DNA of 55,476 nucleotides from NCBI GenBank assembly GCA_050298595.1, contig JBNKUM010000017.1:1-55476 (forward strand), read 5' to 3'. The DNA comes from Gammaproteobacteria bacterium. GTDB taxonomy: Bacteria; Pseudomonadota; Gammaproteobacteria; GCA-001735895. A program made the position numbers and the translations under genes. Shown one piece after another: positions 9,734-19,929 of this stretch; position 1 is the first letter of the stretch, and the number at the start of each line of letters is the position of its first letter. The notes beneath the pieces are model-generated. The model did no database searches, was not told where the DNA came from, and was given only the letters and a program-made list of their open reading frames with translations.

Positions 9734-11889
9734 GATTTAGCTCCAAAGCTATAGGTGTAATTGAATAGAATGGCGCGTGGAGCACCGGCCTGGTAGGATT
9801 TGTCACCAGCAGTGTCCTTGCTAACTTCTAATGCATAGCGCTCATCGGTCAGGTTGCTAATAGTCAAATCAAACTTGTGCTGCTTCATGGCATAACGCAG
9901 GTTTAAATCGGCAAGCATTTTATTATCTGTCCATTTTTCGCTGTTGGCATTGTCCAAATAGTATTCACCATCTTTGCGTAGTTTAATCTGTGAAGAGAAC
10001 CCTTCTGTGAATTGATATTCAACGAACATATTGGTTTGTTGACGGGGTATTAACGGCAGGTAATTTCCACTACGATCAACGTTAGTAACTGTAGGTCCTA
10101 CACGAACCTGTTCCTGGAAATCGTCATATTTATAGCTGGTAAAATTTAATCCGGCGCCAAAGGTTAACTGAGCAGAAGCTGCATACTGGCCTGAAAATTC
10201 CAGTCCCTGTTTACTGGTCTGGCCGGCATTCACATACTGGCTTTCTCCATCTGCCTGACGAATTTGAATGACTTCATCCTTGCCGGTGATGTCGTATATT
10301 GAGGTATCAAAAGACCAGTTACCACTACGGCCCTTTAATCCGATCTCTATATTGGTATTGCTGGATTTGTTTAGATCAGGGTTACTATTGAGTTCGCTGT
10401 CAGCGGGAATTTGATCAGCTTTGGCGAGGGATACAAATGTGTTGATCTCTTTTGTTAACACATAACTTACTCCAATGCTGGCTGAGCCTAGAGTCAGGTC
10501 ATGGGTGTTATGAGTAACCCCGGCGCCTGAGCCATAATTACCTGTACTGTAGTTATAGGCAATGATTTCGTTTTCATCGATAGTGAGTTTGACATCATCC
10601 ACACGAGCAGTTAAATCCATGCTGAGTCGATCAGTCAAATTCAGGTGTTCAGATGCGAAAAGACCCAGCAGGGTTCCTTTGGTACTGCTAACCTGTGCCA
10701 GTTCGCCCTTATCATCTGACAGGGTGCTAACGATGCGCCCAGATGGAATGGTTTGAACATCTGCATAGGTATACTTTTCAGCATCTTTTGTGGTGTTAAC
10801 CCGATAAGCAATACCAAATACCGTATTTGCATCTCGTCCGCCTATCTGATGTTCATTCTTAATGGCTATCTCTGCGCCCAGCATGTTGGGTGGGTTGCCA
10901 GAGTTATCATTGATGAATCCTGTAACAGGATGGTAGTGGTGGTACTGGCTGTAATAGAGCTTGGGTTCCAGCATATAATCACCCATCGCTATCTCTGCCT
11001 TGGTGTTAAAGAAAACATTCTCGGAATAGCGACCGGTATGTTTGAAGATGCTATCCACGTCATTCTGTTCACCCGTACGCTTGTATTCTTCCCACATGGC
11101 TTCGTCCATACCACCGGATAATTGCATATCAATTTTCGCGAAACCTATCTCGCTTTCCAGCACATTGTCTTCGCCAAATTCAAGGCCGTGTTTGATACTC
11201 AGGTGATCACTGGACTGTTCATTTCGTTTACGCCAACTGTTATTTAATTCACGGTGGCTGAAGGTGACTGACATGGCCTGGTTTTCGTTGATGTCACCAC
11301 CTGTACGAAAATGCAGGTCACTGCCATCGTCATCGTTAATTCCAATTTTTATACGGCCCTTATCCTGGTCAAATACTGATTTGGTGATGATATGAATAGT
11401 GCCGCCTGCAGAACCTGATGCATACATATTGCCGGGTCCACGGGTGACCTCAAGGCGTTCAATGTCCTGACCATCGATTGTATCCAGACGGGTAAAACTA
11501 TCGGGTTCGGTAAGCGGGATACCATCGCGCAGAACCATAATTTCTCGAATGCCATAACGTGCCTTAAGCCCTGAACCACGAATAATCAGCTTGGTGCTAC
11601 TTAAGCCATTTTTTGAATAAGTGACTACACCGGGAATATCCTGTAATGCATCACTGATGGTATTCATTTTTAGCTGGTCTAATTTTTCCTCCCCCATACT
11701 GGATATGGCTGAGGGAACCGTCTTACTTCCCCGTTCAGTTCTTGTTGCTGTGATGGTAACTTCATCAAGGATATCTCCACCTTCTGTTTCCGCGTAGCTG
11801 GGTAATGGGACTAGTGAAGTAATAAAAAGGAAGTATGCCGAAGTAAGGTAGTGATTTGGTTTATTCTTAGTTTGGAAAGTGTGCATCAT
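9730..11889 (-). CDS. TonB-dependent receptor
   Basis: TonB box DEVTITA; plug motifs IIRGSG, IERLEVTRGP, GGTIHIITK; C-terminal NLTDERY...YTYSF. Confidence 0.95.
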   Translation of the reverse strand: MMHTFQTKNKPNHYLTSAYFLFITSLVPLPSYAETEGGDILDEVTITATRTERGSKTVPSAISSMGEEKLDQLKMNTISDALQDIPGVVTYSKNGLSSTKLIIRGSGLKARYGIREIMVLRDGIPLTEPDSFTRLDTIDGQDIERLEVTRGPGNMYASGSAGGTIHIITKSVFDQDKGRIKIGINDDDGSDLHFRTGGDINENQAMSVTFSHRELNNSWRKRNEQSSDHLSIKHGLEFGEDNVLESEIGFAKIDMQLSGGMDEAMWEEYKRTGEQNDVDSIFKHTGRYSENVFFNTKAEIAMGDYMLEPKLYYSQYHHYHPVTGFINDNSGNPPNMLGAEIAIKNEHQIGGRDANTVFGIAYRVNTTKDAEKYTYADVQTIPSGRIVSTLSDDKGELAQVSSTKGTLLGLFASEHLNLTDRLSMDLTARVDDVKLTIDENEIIAYNYSTGNYGSGAGVTHNTHDLTLGSASIGVSYVLTKEINTFVSLAKADQIPADSELNSNPDLNKSSNTNIEIGLKGRSGNWSFDTSIYDITGKDEVIQIRQADGESQYVNAGQTSKQGLEFSGQYAASAQLTFGAGLNFTSYKYDDFQEQVRVGPTVTNVDRSGNYLPLIPRQQTNMFVEYQFTEGFSSQIKLRKDGEYYLDNANSEKWTDNKMLADLNLRYAMKQHKFDLTISNLTDERYALEVSKDTAGDKSYQAGAPRAILFNYTYSFGAKS

Positions 11890-11967
11890 TTGGTACAGCC
11901 CTGTTAGTTCTTACATATATTAGAAAATCTGATGCGGGAATATTAGAGAGGAGGAATTAAAGCGAAA

Positions 11968-11997
11968 GAGACAAATTGTCGCGCGGCATTTTGTCGC
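11968..11997. promoter_or_regulatory. Tandem RegA/RegR-like boxes upstream of the TBDR operon
   Basis: GAGAC-N5-GTCGC directly followed by GCGGC-N5-GTCGC. Confidence 0.5.
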
Positions 11998-12265
11998 ACT
12001 GGAGTAGTCGTATTGTCAATACGGAATAGTCGTATCGCTGGCTAGAACAAAGAGTATTTTTACGTAGATAAAATGTTATCAGGAGGCTGTGGAGATTAAA
12101 TTTTAAGTATATATAGGGGTAAATTATGCGACTTTATCACCACTCATCTTCATCGAATGAATGGCCTCGGGAAGATGGAGGAAATGGTGAATTTGCACTG
12201 AGCAATCAGTTCATTAATCAGAACAATTATAGACTTAGAGGGGCTTAAAAAATATCTTATAACAG

Positions 12266-13174
12266 TTATCTGACACCTTCCCCATAAATTAGTGGTTTGC
12301 GCATAAGGTACCAGGCATCAGAATAAGGAACGGTTCCGTTATCACGTATTATTTGTTTTCCCTTTTTGGAGCTGGCGAATTTAACAAAGTCTTTAACCAT
12401 TTTGTTTGATTTGGCACCGGTAACCAGATAGAGAGGTCGATAAAAAATATAATTACCGGATTTAACATTATCATAGGTTGGTACATAGTCATCGATACCG
12501 ATTATTTTTACATCACGTTTTCTCGCACTACTGACTCCGGTAATGGCGATTGCATCAGGATCTACTTCTACCGCTTTTTCTATGGGGCCGGATGATTTTT
12601 TTATATATTTTTTTGATGTCACGAAGTTAAAGTCGCCTTCTTTAAAAATATATTGGCGTATCGCGTAACCCACACCTGAAATCTTACCTTCTCGAATATA
12701 AAGATGAATGGGTTTGTCTACACCACCGAGTTGTTTCCAGTTGGTTATTTCTCCGCTATATACCTTGCTGATATTGTCAGAAGTAATATTCTCTACTGGA
12801 TTATTTTTGTTCAGAATAACAGCTAATGCATCCCAGGCTACAGGATGAAGTGTTACGTAACTTTCAACACTATCTGACATAGGCAGGGTCATTCTACAGG
12901 TGCCACCCATCATGACTAAACCCCTGGCGGTATCTCTTATTCCTCTGGTTGCACCGCCGCCTTCAATTTGTATTTTTATCCCGGTCTCTTTTTCAAAGCC
13001 CTGTGCGAGTTCTTTCATAAAAGACTTTTGAGTGATTCCACAACCAGCCCATGTGAGTACTGAATCATTGATTTCAGTGAGCGCCAATACCTGTCCAGGT
13101 AGGAATAGAAAGGTCGCAATCAGCAGAGTGATTAAGTTCAAGATGACTATGTGTGTATTTTTTTTTAAGGTCAT
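12266..13174 (-). CDS. PstS-like periplasmic substrate-binding protein (orphan)
   Basis: GGGATRGI, VAWDALAVILNKNNPV, GEITNWKQLGG, YRPLYLV. Confidence 0.8.
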   Translation of the reverse strand: MTLKKNTHIVILNLITLLIATFLFLPGQVLALTEINDSVLTWAGCGITQKSFMKELAQGFEKETGIKIQIEGGGATRGIRDTARGLVMMGGTCRMTLPMSDSVESYVTLHPVAWDALAVILNKNNPVENITSDNISKVYSGEITNWKQLGGVDKPIHLYIREGKISGVGYAIRQYIFKEGDFNFVTSKKYIKKSSGPIEKAVEVDPDAIAITGVSSARKRDVKIIGIDDYVPTYDNVKSGNYIFYRPLYLVTGAKSNKMVKDFVKFASSKKGKQIIRDNGTVPYSDAWYLMRKPLIYGEGVR

Positions 13175-13427
13175 ATTATGATCGCCTCAAACTTCCATGA
13201 AGGGATTAAAGATCAAAGTTATACCAGTTATCTTTGTGGGGTTTTTTTAATATATACTCTACGGCCCAAATTTTCTGACGAGCGGTAAGTAAGTTGTTGG
13301 AATAACTGTTTGATCTTGAGTCTCTGAAAAAGCATTATTCAGGCATTCCCTGATTTGATTATTTGTTTTATGTTGCTCTTAAAATATTAGATTGAGGGAA
13401 AACCGGTTTCTATTTTTGCAGATAACA

Positions 13428-13742
13428 TTAGCGTTTCTCACCGAATAAAAATAACAGGCTTAAAGAAAATGTATCGTTTGAATCGATGTATACTCCGTCG
13501 TAATTATAGTGGTTCCACTGTAAGCGCATCTGCCTGCTACGATCGCCGTATACATTGATATCCAGGCCCAGTCCATAGGTCAGATCGACCGCGTTACCTA
13601 AGCTATTATCGTTATTCGTACCTTTGGATACATCCCACAAATGAACTCCGATACGACCAAACCCATTAATACTGTTGCTCAATGGTTGTGATAATCCTAC
13701 GGTCATGGCAAGGCTGCTGACATCAAATAGTTTGGTTTTCAA
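13428..13742 (-). pseudogene. 3' fragment of an OmpA-like outer-membrane beta-barrel
   Basis: Beta-strand pattern GFGRIGVHLWD, LTYGLGLD, MRLQW; no signal peptide; in-frame stop just upstream of a TTG start. Confidence 0.55.
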
Positions 13743-13777
13743 TCGGTCAGTCTGTAGTTAAAGTTGTTACGAGGATT

Positions 13778-14284
13778 TTATATAGTATTAACTGTAGCAT
13801 TGGATTGATGAATCACCTGCATCAGTGCATCAAGCTGAAACTGATTGAATACCCTGATGCCATTTTTCTCAAGTAAAGCTGTAGTAACGCCTTTACCGGG
13901 TATTTTGATGCCTTTGAATTCGCCATTGTGAATGGTATTGCTTCCGCATGAGGGGCTGGATTCGGTTAATAGTGCGAAGCTAATGCCATGCTGCTGACAA
14001 CACTGCAGGGCTAATTCGGCGCCTCGGAGAAAGGCATCGGTGATATCAATATTCTCATTATTGATTACTCTTGAGCTGCCTGCTAATACCTCGTAACCAC
14101 TACCCTTGATAATCTCAGCAGGAGCGCGAGGTATTGGAAGCCCGCCTGATACTTCAGGGCAAAAGGGGATCACTTCTACAAGATTTAACAAATCGCTGAA
14201 TAGCTGCGTATTAATCGCAAGATCACTACCATTGTATCTCACTTTCTGTCCCATAAAGCAGGCGCTGACCATGATCTTTATCAT
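13778..14284 (-). CDS. DUF523 / 2-thiouracil desulfidase (TudS)-family protein
   Basis: VSACFMG.KVRYNG, CPEVSGGL, SPSCG. Confidence 0.88.
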   Translation of the reverse strand: MIKIMVSACFMGQKVRYNGSDLAINTQLFSDLLNLVEVIPFCPEVSGGLPIPRAPAEIIKGSGYEVLAGSSRVINNENIDITDAFLRGAELALQCCQQHGISFALLTESSPSCGSNTIHNGEFKGIKIPGKGVTTALLEKNGIRVFNQFQLDALMQVIHQSNATVNTI

Positions 14285-14335
14285 GCAAAAAAACTCTTGT
14301 AAGGCATGAGAATTTTAAGGGGTGTATTGTTGCAC

Positions 14336-14932
14336 TTACTGCATGCCTGTATATCGAGGATGATTTTTTATGCGAGTTATCCAGTCGCTAATTTCCGGGT
14401 ATGCCACTAAATCAAAACCACCTTCATCTGCAACATGGGTGTAACCATACAGAGAAATATCCGCAATGCTAAGCCGGTCACCAACCAGATAGGGTGTTTT
14501 CTGTAATTGTTGTTGCATCACTTTAAGCGCTTTATGCCCACCGGGATGTAGTGATTCATATTCCGCGCGTCTATCTTCGGGTAGACCAAGAAATCTGGCA
14601 ATGAAACGAGCTACTGCGATATAGGGTTCATGGCTATACTGCTCAAAGAATTGCCATTGTAAAACCAGCGCGCGTTGATAAGGGTCTTTGGGTATTAGCT
14701 CGCTACCTTCGGCAAGAAAATTCAGTATGGCATTCGATTCACTCAGGTAGCGGCCATCGTCCAGTTCTAGCAGGGGGATTTGCCCATTCGGGTTTTTTTG
14801 CAGAAACTCAGCAGATTTGGTTTCACCACTGAGACTCTCTATGCTTATCCATTGATGCTCGATATCCAGCAAAGAAGTGAGTAGTTTAATCTTGTAACAA
14901 TTGCCAGACAGAATGTCGCCGTAGATTTTCAT
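14336..14932 (-). CDS. Glutathione S-transferase family protein
   Basis: SGNCYK, NPNGQIP, ESNAIL, SIADISLY. Confidence 0.92.
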   Translation of the reverse strand: MKIYGDILSGNCYKIKLLTSLLDIEHQWISIESLSGETKSAEFLQKNPNGQIPLLELDDGRYLSESNAILNFLAEGSELIPKDPYQRALVLQWQFFEQYSHEPYIAVARFIARFLGLPEDRRAEYESLHPGGHKALKVMQQQLQKTPYLVGDRLSIADISLYGYTHVADEGGFDLVAYPEISDWITRIKNHPRYTGMQ

Positions 14933-15148
14933 ATTAGAGTGGATTCAGTTGTTTCGATTGAAAGGGAAAAGGCGTAGATCTCAGCGCAATATGATTAAAC
15001 AGGATGGTCTGGCTCCAGAAGAGAATCATTAATTTTTTGCTTTTTTGCATATCTTTTCGCGATAGTTATTTGAAAGTTTTTTCAGTGGCGGCCGAAAAAG
15101 TTATTTTATTGTTTTATCAAAGGTATACTACTCTTTTTTTCTTAGCCC

Positions 15149-16777
15149 ATGTCACAGTCGCCCTCTATTCGTATCGCACTAGCGCAAATGAATCCCAAAG
15201 TCGGGGATATACAAGGCAATTTGCAGAAAGTCCTGCTACTGGCCAGGCAGGCATGTGAGCAGTATAACGCAGATGTGGTGTTATTCCCTGAACTGGCTTT
15301 AACCGGTTATCCTCCAGAAGATCTACTGTTGCGTCCACAGTTTATTCATCAGGCTGAAGAGGCGATTAAGCAGTTGCAGCAGGAGTTAAGGGATGTGTGT
15401 CTGGTGCTAGGCAGCGTTCAGCAGGTGGATGGGCGTTTATACAATAGCGCGCTGTTTCTGCAGCCTGGTCAGCCCCCCATCTTTTACCATAAGCATAAAT
15501 TGCCTAACTACGGTGTTTTTGACGAGCAGCGTTATTTTACGCCTGGTGATCAACCTTGTGTGGTTAATGTCAAAGGTATTAAGCTGGGTATCACCGTCTG
15601 TGAGGATATCTGGTTTTCTGAACCTGCGAGTTTATCGGTGCAGGCTGGGGCAGAAATCATTATCAACCTGAATGCCTCTCCCTTTCACGCGAGCAAAACA
15701 GCTGAGCGAGTTCAACAGGTGAATCTGCGTGTGGCAGAAAATGCAGTACCGGTTTGTTACGTGAATATGGTCGGCGGTCAGGATGAACTGGTTTTCGATG
15801 GCCATAGCTTTGTTATTGATGCCAACAATGAACTTATCCTTGAAGGCGAAGGTTTTGCAGAGTCATTAATGGCGGTTGAATATGATCAGGCGTCAGGTAT
15901 AAGAGCCATCACTGAATCCTGCCCAGAGCGGAGTGAGCTGGCGCAGCTTTATCAGGCGCTGGTGCTGGCAACCAGAGATTATGTGCTTAAAAATGGATTT
16001 AAAAAAGTGGTACTTGGCTTATCCGGTGGCATCGATTCGGCAATGGTACTGGCTATCGCAGTAGATGCGCTAGGTGCTGATGCAGTACAGGCGATTATGA
16101 TGCCCTATCACTATACTTCGGATATGAGTGTGTCAGATGCCGCTGAGCAGGCGCGCATGCTGGGAGTGGCCTATTCCGAGATTGCTATTGCGAATCCAGT
16201 GCAGGCCTTTATGGATGTACTGCAGGATGAATTCAGCGGCTTGCAGAACGATGTCACCGAAGAAAACCTGCAGGCGCGTAGTCGCGGCGTGATTCTGATG
16301 GCAGTATCCAATAAAAAAGGCGCTATGCTGCTAACCACCGGCAACAAAAGTGAAATGTCGGTGGGTTATGCCACGTTGTATGGAGATATGGCGGGTGGCT
16401 TTGCACCTTTAAAGGATGTTTCCAAATTGAGGGTATTTGCTTTAGCCAGGTATAGAAACAGTTTGAGTCCAGCGATCCCGCAAAGGGTGATAGATAGGCC
16501 GCCTTCCGCAGAGCTGGCACCGGATCAGAAAGATGAAGATTCATTGCCGCCTTACGAAATCCTTGATCCGATTTTACAGATGTATATTGAGCAGGACTTA
16601 TCAGTGGACGAGATTATCGCACAGGGCTATGACACGGATATGGTCAAACGAGTTGCCTGGCTGGTGGATATTAACGAATACAAGCGGCGTCAGTCACCTC
16701 CGGGAGTAAGGGTTACTCAGCGCGCCTTTGGTAAGGAGCGGCGTTATCCGATTACCTCTGGCTTTAAGCGACATTAG
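15149..16777 (+). CDS. nadE: Glutamine-dependent NAD+ synthetase
   Basis: Nitrilase domain FPEL, CEDIW; synthetase SGGIDS, TGNKSE, EYKRRQ. Confidence 0.97.
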   Translation: MSQSPSIRIALAQMNPKVGDIQGNLQKVLLLARQACEQYNADVVLFPELALTGYPPEDLLLRPQFIHQAEEAIKQLQQELRDVCLVLGSVQQVDGRLYNSALFLQPGQPPIFYHKHKLPNYGVFDEQRYFTPGDQPCVVNVKGIKLGITVCEDIWFSEPASLSVQAGAEIIINLNASPFHASKTAERVQQVNLRVAENAVPVCYVNMVGGQDELVFDGHSFVIDANNELILEGEGFAESLMAVEYDQASGIRAITESCPERSELAQLYQALVLATRDYVLKNGFKKVVLGLSGGIDSAMVLAIAVDALGADAVQAIMMPYHYTSDMSVSDAAEQARMLGVAYSEIAIANPVQAFMDVLQDEFSGLQNDVTEENLQARSRGVILMAVSNKKGAMLLTTGNKSEMSVGYATLYGDMAGGFAPLKDVSKLRVFALARYRNSLSPAIPQRVIDRPPSAELAPDQKDEDSLPPYEILDPILQMYIEQDLSVDEIIAQGYDTDMVKRVAWLVDINEYKRRQSPPGVRVTQRAFGKERRYPITSGFKRH

Positions 16778-16818
16778 TAGTACAGGCCCGGAATTTGGAT
16801 ATTATGTGTATTCCGGGC

Positions 16819-16848
16819 AAAAAAAACCGGCATAAAGCCGGTTTTTTT
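16819..16848. terminator. Bidirectional intrinsic terminator
   Basis: A8-CCGGC-ATAAA-GCCGG-T7 between convergent nadE and rpmG. Confidence 0.85.
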
Positions 16849-16870
16849 GAATCAGGATAACAAGATGAAA

Positions 16871-17026
16871 TTACTTGATCTTGGCTTCCTTGTATTCAAC
16901 ATGTTTACGCACAACAGGATCATATTTTTTCATGACCATCTTGTCTGGAGTGTTCTTCTTGTTTTTATCTGTGGTGTAATAATGACCCGTACCAGCAGTT
17001 GAAACCAGTTTGATTTTATCTCTCAT
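16871..17026 (-). CDS. rpmG: 50S ribosomal protein L33 (absent from ORF track)
   Basis: Hand translation [51 protein letters not shown], downstream of rpmB. Confidence 0.97.
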   Translation of the reverse strand: MRDKIKLVSTAGTGHYYTTDKNKKNTPDKMVMKKYDPVVRKHVEYKEAKIK

Positions 17027-17033
17027 AAGTCAC

Positions 17034-17270
17034 CTATACCTTTTCGCCACGCTTGCGCATATCCGCAAGTACTGCTTCGATACCGTTTTTATCGATAATT
17101 CGCATGCCTTTTGTTGAAAGACGCAGTTTTACCCAGCGATTTTCAGCTTCTACCCAGAATTTATGGGTATGCAAATTTGGTAAGAAGCGGCGACGCGTCT
17201 TATTGTGTGCATGTGATACATTGTTTCCAGTAACAGGTTTCTTGCCTGTCACTTGACATACCCGGGACAT
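17034..17270 (-). CDS. rpmB: 50S ribosomal protein L28
   Basis: [32 protein letters not shown]. Confidence 0.98.
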   Translation of the reverse strand: MSRVCQVTGKKPVTGNNVSHAHNKTRRRFLPNLHTHKFWVEAENRWVKLRLSTKGMRIIDKNGIEAVLADMRKRGEKV

Positions 17271-17462
17271 GGTCTACTCCGAATGTTTGGTCAATTGCGT
17301 AAGGGCGCGCACTCTACCAGATCAAAAGAGATGATTCAAGCCGCTTTTTGGATTCATCGGGTAACAATATTTGCTGTGCCCAGTCCAGATAGCTTTTCTA
17401 TGAAATATTCATTTAATGATCCATCAAATCAAGCAATAATAAGGTGGACTAAAAAGTAGAAG

Positions 17463-17825
17463 ATGTTGATGGATATCGTATTTATAAAAGACCTGCAGAT
17501 TGAAACCATTATTGGGATTTATGACTGGGAGCGTAAGATTCGCCAGATGATCAGCCTTGACCTGGAAATGGCTACAGATATTAGAAAGGCTGCTAGCTCG
17601 GATAATATTGACGACACGCTTAATTATAAGGCTGTTGCCAAACGGCTGATTTCCTTTGTCAGCGAAAGTGAATATGAGCTGGTGGAAACCTTGGCTGAAA
17701 AAATTTGCAGCATTATTATGCAGGAATTTGATGTGCCCTGGGTAAGACTCACGCTGAATAAGCCGGGGGCTGTGAGTGGTTCCAGGTCGGTAGGTGTTAG
17801 AATTGAACGTGGACAAAGGCAATAA
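17463..17825 (+). CDS. folB: Dihydroneopterin aldolase (start may be 17469)
   Basis: IGIYDWER, TLNY, LVETLAE, KPGA. Confidence 0.96.
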   Translation: MLMDIVFIKDLQIETIIGIYDWERKIRQMISLDLEMATDIRKAASSDNIDDTLNYKAVAKRLISFVSESEYELVETLAEKICSIIMQEFDVPWVRLTLNKPGAVSGSRSVGVRIERGQRQ

Positions 17826-17827
17826 TC

Positions 17828-18319
17828 ATGGCCCAGGTGAGTGTGAGCTTAGGCAGCAATATAGATAGAGAACGAAATATCCGTCGAGCGATAGCTTTAC
17901 TTCAGCAGCATTACGGGGAATTAATCATTTCACCCGTCTATCAAACTGCATCGGTCGGATTTGAAGGCGATGATTTCCTTAATCTGGTGGTACTGTTTTC
18001 CGCATCTGACGAGGTTAGCGATATTGTCAGAGCACTTAAACAGATAGAAGATAGCATGGGGCGTGATCGCTCCTTACCCAGGTTTTCTGCACGAAGCATA
18101 GATCTTGACCTACTCACTTACGATAGTCAGGTTATCGATGAAAATGGGGTGCAGATTCCGCGTCATGAAATCCTTAAAAATGCCTTTGTACTCAAGCCTT
18201 TAAGCGATATTATGGGCAACGAGAGACATCCGGTAGTTGGGAAAACCTATAATGAATTATGGAATGAGATGAAGGATTCAGCAGATCGAATCGAAAATAT
18301 CGCCTTTCACCTGAAATAA
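17828..18319 (+). CDS. folK: 2-amino-4-hydroxy-6-hydroxymethyldihydropteridine diphosphokinase
   Basis: SLGSN, FLN, RSIDLDLL, FVLKPL. Confidence 0.95.
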   Translation: MAQVSVSLGSNIDRERNIRRAIALLQQHYGELIISPVYQTASVGFEGDDFLNLVVLFSASDEVSDIVRALKQIEDSMGRDRSLPRFSARSIDLDLLTYDSQVIDENGVQIPRHEILKNAFVLKPLSDIMGNERHPVVGKTYNELWNEMKDSADRIENIAFHLK

Positions 18320-18495
18320 CTGGCGTTTACCTTTGCTTCGATCATAAACTGTCCTATTGATCTTAAATTGTGTTTTATTCAAAAAATGAAATGTTTTTAT
18401 GATTATGAATTGTGCTTAACTGTGTAGTTAGCAGACGTATCTTGCTAAATCGAGAATTTGAATGAATCCCTTTTCAAAAAAACATCGAACTCAGG

Positions 18496-19764
18496 TTGAG
18501 ACGGGTAGTGGAAATAGAAACGGATAACCTGCATTTCTGGAAATCGTTATCGACATTATTAAGTGATAACTGTCTGCTAACAGATGGTTATCGTCTGATA
18601 TATGTGGGCTCAACTTTTAGTGATTTGCTGGGTGTGGCCTACGATGACCTGTTTGGCCGTCCCTGCGATGACTTTTTCTATCTGCAAAATAAGACTTCTT
18701 TAAGTGAATCCATTCAGGAGCTTCAATCAGAATCGGAAAACAGGCTAAGTTTGCAACTCAGTCTTATCAAGCATCAACCCAGTCACTCGCAACCTTTAAA
18801 TGTGGAATTTCAACAGCATGAAATTCTGGGTTTAAAGCTCATCGTTGGAGTTATTCCAAATTTTAATACGAATCTGGCTGCAGAGCAGGAGCTTGCAGAC
18901 ACTCGCCAGCAATTGAATGCGATTCTCGATAGTTTCAGTAACACCATTTTTCGAACCGATAAGGATGGTTTTATCACAATTATTTCAGACAATGTTAAGG
19001 AGCTCATGGGGTATACACGCGAGGAAGTCATTGGTACCAGATTATCGAGTTATTTCTGGACACCCGAGGACAGGGAGCGCTCAATTCAGGAAATTGAGGG
19101 ACAAAATGGCAATGTGGCCCAGATAGACACTGTCATGCGTCATAAAGATGGATCTCCTGTATGGATATCAACCAATGCACATTTAATTAAAGACGATAAA
19201 GGAGAGCCGATAGGAATAGAGGGAATAGGGCACGATGTAACCTATCAGAAGAAACTTGAACAAAAACTCGAAACGCTCGCCCTAACCGACAGTCTGACGC
19301 AGTTACCCAATCGCAGAGCTCTGATGGATGATCTTCATCGTCACTATCTAACGGCGCGTGCAAATAAATCATCCCTCTCTCTGGTCATGATTGATATCAA
19401 GGGAACCAAAAAGGTGAATGAACGGTTTGGGTATATGTATGGAGATACGCTGATAAAGCAGGTTGCAACTTTGTTGAGGGTGTATACGCTTTTTCCAAAG
19501 GTGTTAGGACGAATTTCTGGAGATGAGTTTTTGTATGTTTTACCAGGGTATACGATAAAAAATACAGCTCAATTTATGGCTCCGATAATTGAAGCGATGA
19601 AGCAGGATGTACTCATGGTAGGGGATAAAAAAATTAATTATTCCTTATCTATTGGTATGACTGAACTCAGAAAAAGTGACAAGAATGAATATGCTGTGCT
19701 CGACAGGGCAGATAGGGCTATTCTAGTTTCCAAACGTGGAATGGCCAACTACGAAATCATGTGA
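18496..19764 (+). CDS. PAS/PAC plus GGDEF-domain protein (SGDEF variant)
   Basis: PAS/PAC HKDGSPVWIS; TDSLTQLPNRR; RISGDEF. Confidence 0.85.
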   Translation: MRRVVEIETDNLHFWKSLSTLLSDNCLLTDGYRLIYVGSTFSDLLGVAYDDLFGRPCDDFFYLQNKTSLSESIQELQSESENRLSLQLSLIKHQPSHSQPLNVEFQQHEILGLKLIVGVIPNFNTNLAAEQELADTRQQLNAILDSFSNTIFRTDKDGFITIISDNVKELMGYTREEVIGTRLSSYFWTPEDRERSIQEIEGQNGNVAQIDTVMRHKDGSPVWISTNAHLIKDDKGEPIGIEGIGHDVTYQKKLEQKLETLALTDSLTQLPNRRALMDDLHRHYLTARANKSSLSLVMIDIKGTKKVNERFGYMYGDTLIKQVATLLRVYTLFPKVLGRISGDEFLYVLPGYTIKNTAQFMAPIIEAMKQDVLMVGDKKINYSLSIGMTELRKSDKNEYAVLDRADRAILVSKRGMANYEIM

Positions 19765-19929
19765 ACAGGGATGAAGCATGGCGTTCCAGCGCTGTTTTCT
19801 GGATGTAGATTACTCCTTCCTCACTCCACAAATAATAGCTTACATAGACCAGATTGTTGACCTGGCTGCAGCAAGGTTTGACAATGATCGCCGGCTGTTC
19901 AAATCCCATTCAATCACATCGAATTTCAA

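Noticed and set aside
12004-12035. Short direct repeat TAGTCGTAT
   Set aside because: Only two 9-bp copies with no supporting context
15004-15258. 84-aa ORF overlapping the nadE start
   Set aside because: AT-rich promoter region and shadow of nadE
17424-17822. 132-aa minus-strand ORF
   Set aside because: Antisense shadow of folB
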